The notes beneath the pieces were generated by a model. The model made no database searches. It was not told the DNA's origin and saw only the letters and a list, made by a program, of their open reading frames with translations. A stretch of DNA of 37,420 bases from Candidatus Fermentibacterota bacterium. GTDB lineage: Bacteria; Fermentibacterota; Fermentibacteria; Fermentibacterales; JCC-6. Location of the stretch: the NCBI GenBank assembly GCA_003644925.1, contig QNDS01000003.1, forward strand, positions 1 through 37,420, in the 5' to 3' direction. The position numbers were made by a program, and so were the translations under genes. The first letter of the stretch is position 1. Each line of letters opens with the position of its first letter. Shown here piece after piece: positions 35,473-37,420 of the stretch.

Positions 35473-36984
35473 TCAGTTCAGGACTGTTACCGTTTTCTTA
35501 AGCTCCAGCGAGCCGTTGGACAGGACAACGAAGAACACTCCGGAATTCCACGATGACACATCAACTGTCTCCTCACCGCTGAGTTCAGCAGACCATACGA
35601 GCCGGCCGGAAAGATCATAGATCCCGCAGTTCCACTCTCCCTGCGGCGGGGTGAGAACCATTACGCTTTCCAGAGGGTTCTGCATGACTATATTTCCGGC
35701 AAATCCTACCGGAGGGTTTTCTCCACAGGATGTTCCGACTGCGGAGAGGAAAGCCCAGGCATGATATGGCTGGCTCTGCTGGTCCTGCAGACCCGCCAGT
35801 ACAATGGGTGAAGGAGAAATTGTTTCCATATAAATTGTGCTTACGTTGTAAACTCTTTCAGTAAAAGGCTGCTCCCAGATCAGATCCCCGCTCAGTGCAT
35901 CAACAAGTGTTATCTTTCTTCCGTTGATGCTTCCTCCAACGATGCATGGAACCCATGCCCCCGCGGTGTAGACTGAATCAGCCCAGGCTACACTCCAGGT
36001 ATTCGAACCTGTGGCGTAACTCCATAGGGTAACTCCGGTGGCTCCATCGAGACAGATCGTTCCCGCATTGTCCCCGGCAACAGCGATCTCTGCAATTCCA
36101 TCCCCATTTATATCTGGTCCCCCTTCAACATCAAGAAGCATTCCTCCGAGATCTCTTGCCCACAGCGAATCACCGCCAAGGCTGTAACACTGCACTTCTC
36201 CGCTGAAAGAACTGCTGACCATCCAGGGAACGGTATCCTCACGATCAACAGCCGATACGCACATGACATCTCCGCCGCCGTTCCTGTTCCATATAAGAGA
36301 GCCGTCTGCACCATCTACCAGTTCCAGTGTGAAGTCTGTGTAGGAGTTTCCTCCTATTCCAAGGTATATCTCCTGTACACCGTCACCCGTTACATCAGGT
36401 ACGGCAAGTACATCCTCAACGGCATCCACCGTGGTTCTGGTCCAGAGGGTATCCCCGGTAGCACCGTTCAAGCAGGCTGCAGCGGATGTGTTGGCACCCC
36501 CCGTAGAACCGAACCCCCCGAGAAGCTCCGGAAGGTTATCGCCGGTCTGATCTTCCATCAGACAGCAGCTGTAACCCCATCCGGCTCCGGTGGACATGTT
36601 CTCATATGCGCTCCACAACCATATAAGGGATCCGTCTATCCCGGAAATCAGTATCAGGCATCTTCCCGGAGGGGCATAACCGCCCGGTGTGGCCATCAGA
36701 ATATCTCCGTAACCGTCTCCATTCATGTCCGGCACTCCTGCAAGGCCCTCATCCTGGTAAATGCCGTTGTACTGATCACTGGTCCAGAGGGTATCCCCTG
36801 AAGCACCTGAAAGGCACCACAGAGTAGGCTCATCATCAAAGTAGTTTAAACCGCTGGCCACATCCGGAACACCATCACCGTCTATATCGCCGATATCAAC
36901 CGTTGAATAAACACCGCCGCTTGTAACGTTCGCCCACAGTGTATCCGGCGCACTTGCAGTAAGAATCAGTATCATTAATATCAT
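35473..36984 (-). CDS. Secreted FG-GAP/PQQ-like beta-propeller protein with T9SS/FlgD-like C-terminal domain
   Basis: Repeats DIDGDGVPD, DMNGDGYGD, DQTGDNLPE, DVTGDGVQE, DINGDGIAE alternating with CLxGxxGDTLW; C-terminal NP...IYDLSGRLV...SGVFFV. Confidence 0.8.
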   Translation of the reverse strand: MILMILILTASAPDTLWANVTSGGVYSTVDIGDIDGDGVPDVASGLNYFDDEPTLWCLSGASGDTLWTSDQYNGIYQDEGLAGVPDMNGDGYGDILMATPGGYAPPGRCLILISGIDGSLIWLWSAYENMSTGAGWGYSCCLMEDQTGDNLPELLGGFGSTGGANTSAAACLNGATGDTLWTRTTVDAVEDVLAVPDVTGDGVQEIYLGIGGNSYTDFTLELVDGADGSLIWNRNGGGDVMCVSAVDREDTVPWMVSSSFSGEVQCYSLGGDSLWARDLGGMLLDVEGGPDINGDGIAEIAVAGDNAGTICLDGATGVTLWSYATGSNTWSVAWADSVYTAGAWVPCIVGGSINGRKITLVDALSGDLIWEQPFTERVYNVSTIYMETISPSPIVLAGLQDQQSQPYHAWAFLSAVGTSCGENPPVGFAGNIVMQNPLESVMVLTPPQGEWNCGIYDLSGRLVWSAELSGEETVDVSSWNSGVFFVVLSNGSLELKKTVTVLN

Positions 36985-37022
36985 TATCGATCATCTCCTT
37001 GCACGATAGGGACGTATCCTGC

Positions 37023-37420
37023 TTATAATCCAGTGTTTTCCAGAAAGAGGAGTAATGCTGCAAGAATCAGGCAGCCGGGTATCACCACCAGCCATGGATT
37101 GACATTTAAAATCTCCGGGATGGTCTTTGTCCCGAAATCACCCTTCTGAAGAATACCGCGTCTCAGTCTTGGATAGAGACCGGCATACAGGCCGGATCCT
37201 ATCAGAATGCCCGCCACTCCTCCCAGCAGCGCATCCAGGGCGCCTGTTCCAACGGCTCCGGATACCGTCCCGGGACAGTAGCCGAGAGTCGCGAAACCGA
37301 CACCGAAGATAAGACCGCCGACCGCTGATGATCCGAGTGATCCGGGTTTAGGATGAAGTTTGACAAGACCGGCGCTTTTCAGAGCGTAAATTCCCAGCGA
37401 ACCGGTGATAACTGCTGACA
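37023..37420 (-). CDS. YeeE/YedE-family sulfur/selenium-compound transporter, C-terminal part (start beyond window)
   Basis: Hand translation: SAVITGSLGIYAL...GGLIFGVGFATLGYCPGTVSGAVGTGALDA; GYCPGT is the family motif. Confidence 0.85.
   Translation of the reverse strand, partial: SAVITGSLGIYALKSAGLVKLHPKPGSLGSSAVGGLIFGVGFATLGYCPGTVSGAVGTGALDALLGGVAGILIGSGLYAGLYPRLRRGILQKGDFGTKTIPEILNVNPWLVVIPGCLILAALLLFLENTGL

Overview
Chromosomal window from an anaerobic diderm bacterium. Two secreted proteins carry T9SS/FlgD-like C-terminal domains, suggesting the FCB superphylum (inference only). Left: a truncated sensor kinase, a LarA-family enzyme, a Tim44-like/zinc-ribbon/TerB protein, a C10 protease, a two-component pair with a degenerate NtrC-type regulator and a NatAB-like ABC exporter. 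Centre: a RAYT transposase between two 39-bp REP palindromes (a solo third copy lies 17 kb away), then a redox locus with two different putative electron-bifurcating transhydrogenases (NfnAB and an StnABC/Bfu-type trimer), a REC-(Lrp/AsnC)x2 regulator and divergent gdhA. An integrase-less integron cassette array (TA, GNAT, methyltransferase, orphan) separates gdhA from a convergent REC/PPDK-like gene. Right: AbrB-like gene, TauE, B12 radical SAM, ABC-2 exporter, FG-GAP protein and partial YeeE/YedE. Best novelty candidate: an 82-codon DUF4242-like gene (33499-33747), missed by the ORF track, with an in-frame TGA followed by a SECIS-like hairpin, i.e. a putative selenoprotein. All family calls come from motif recognition, not database searches.
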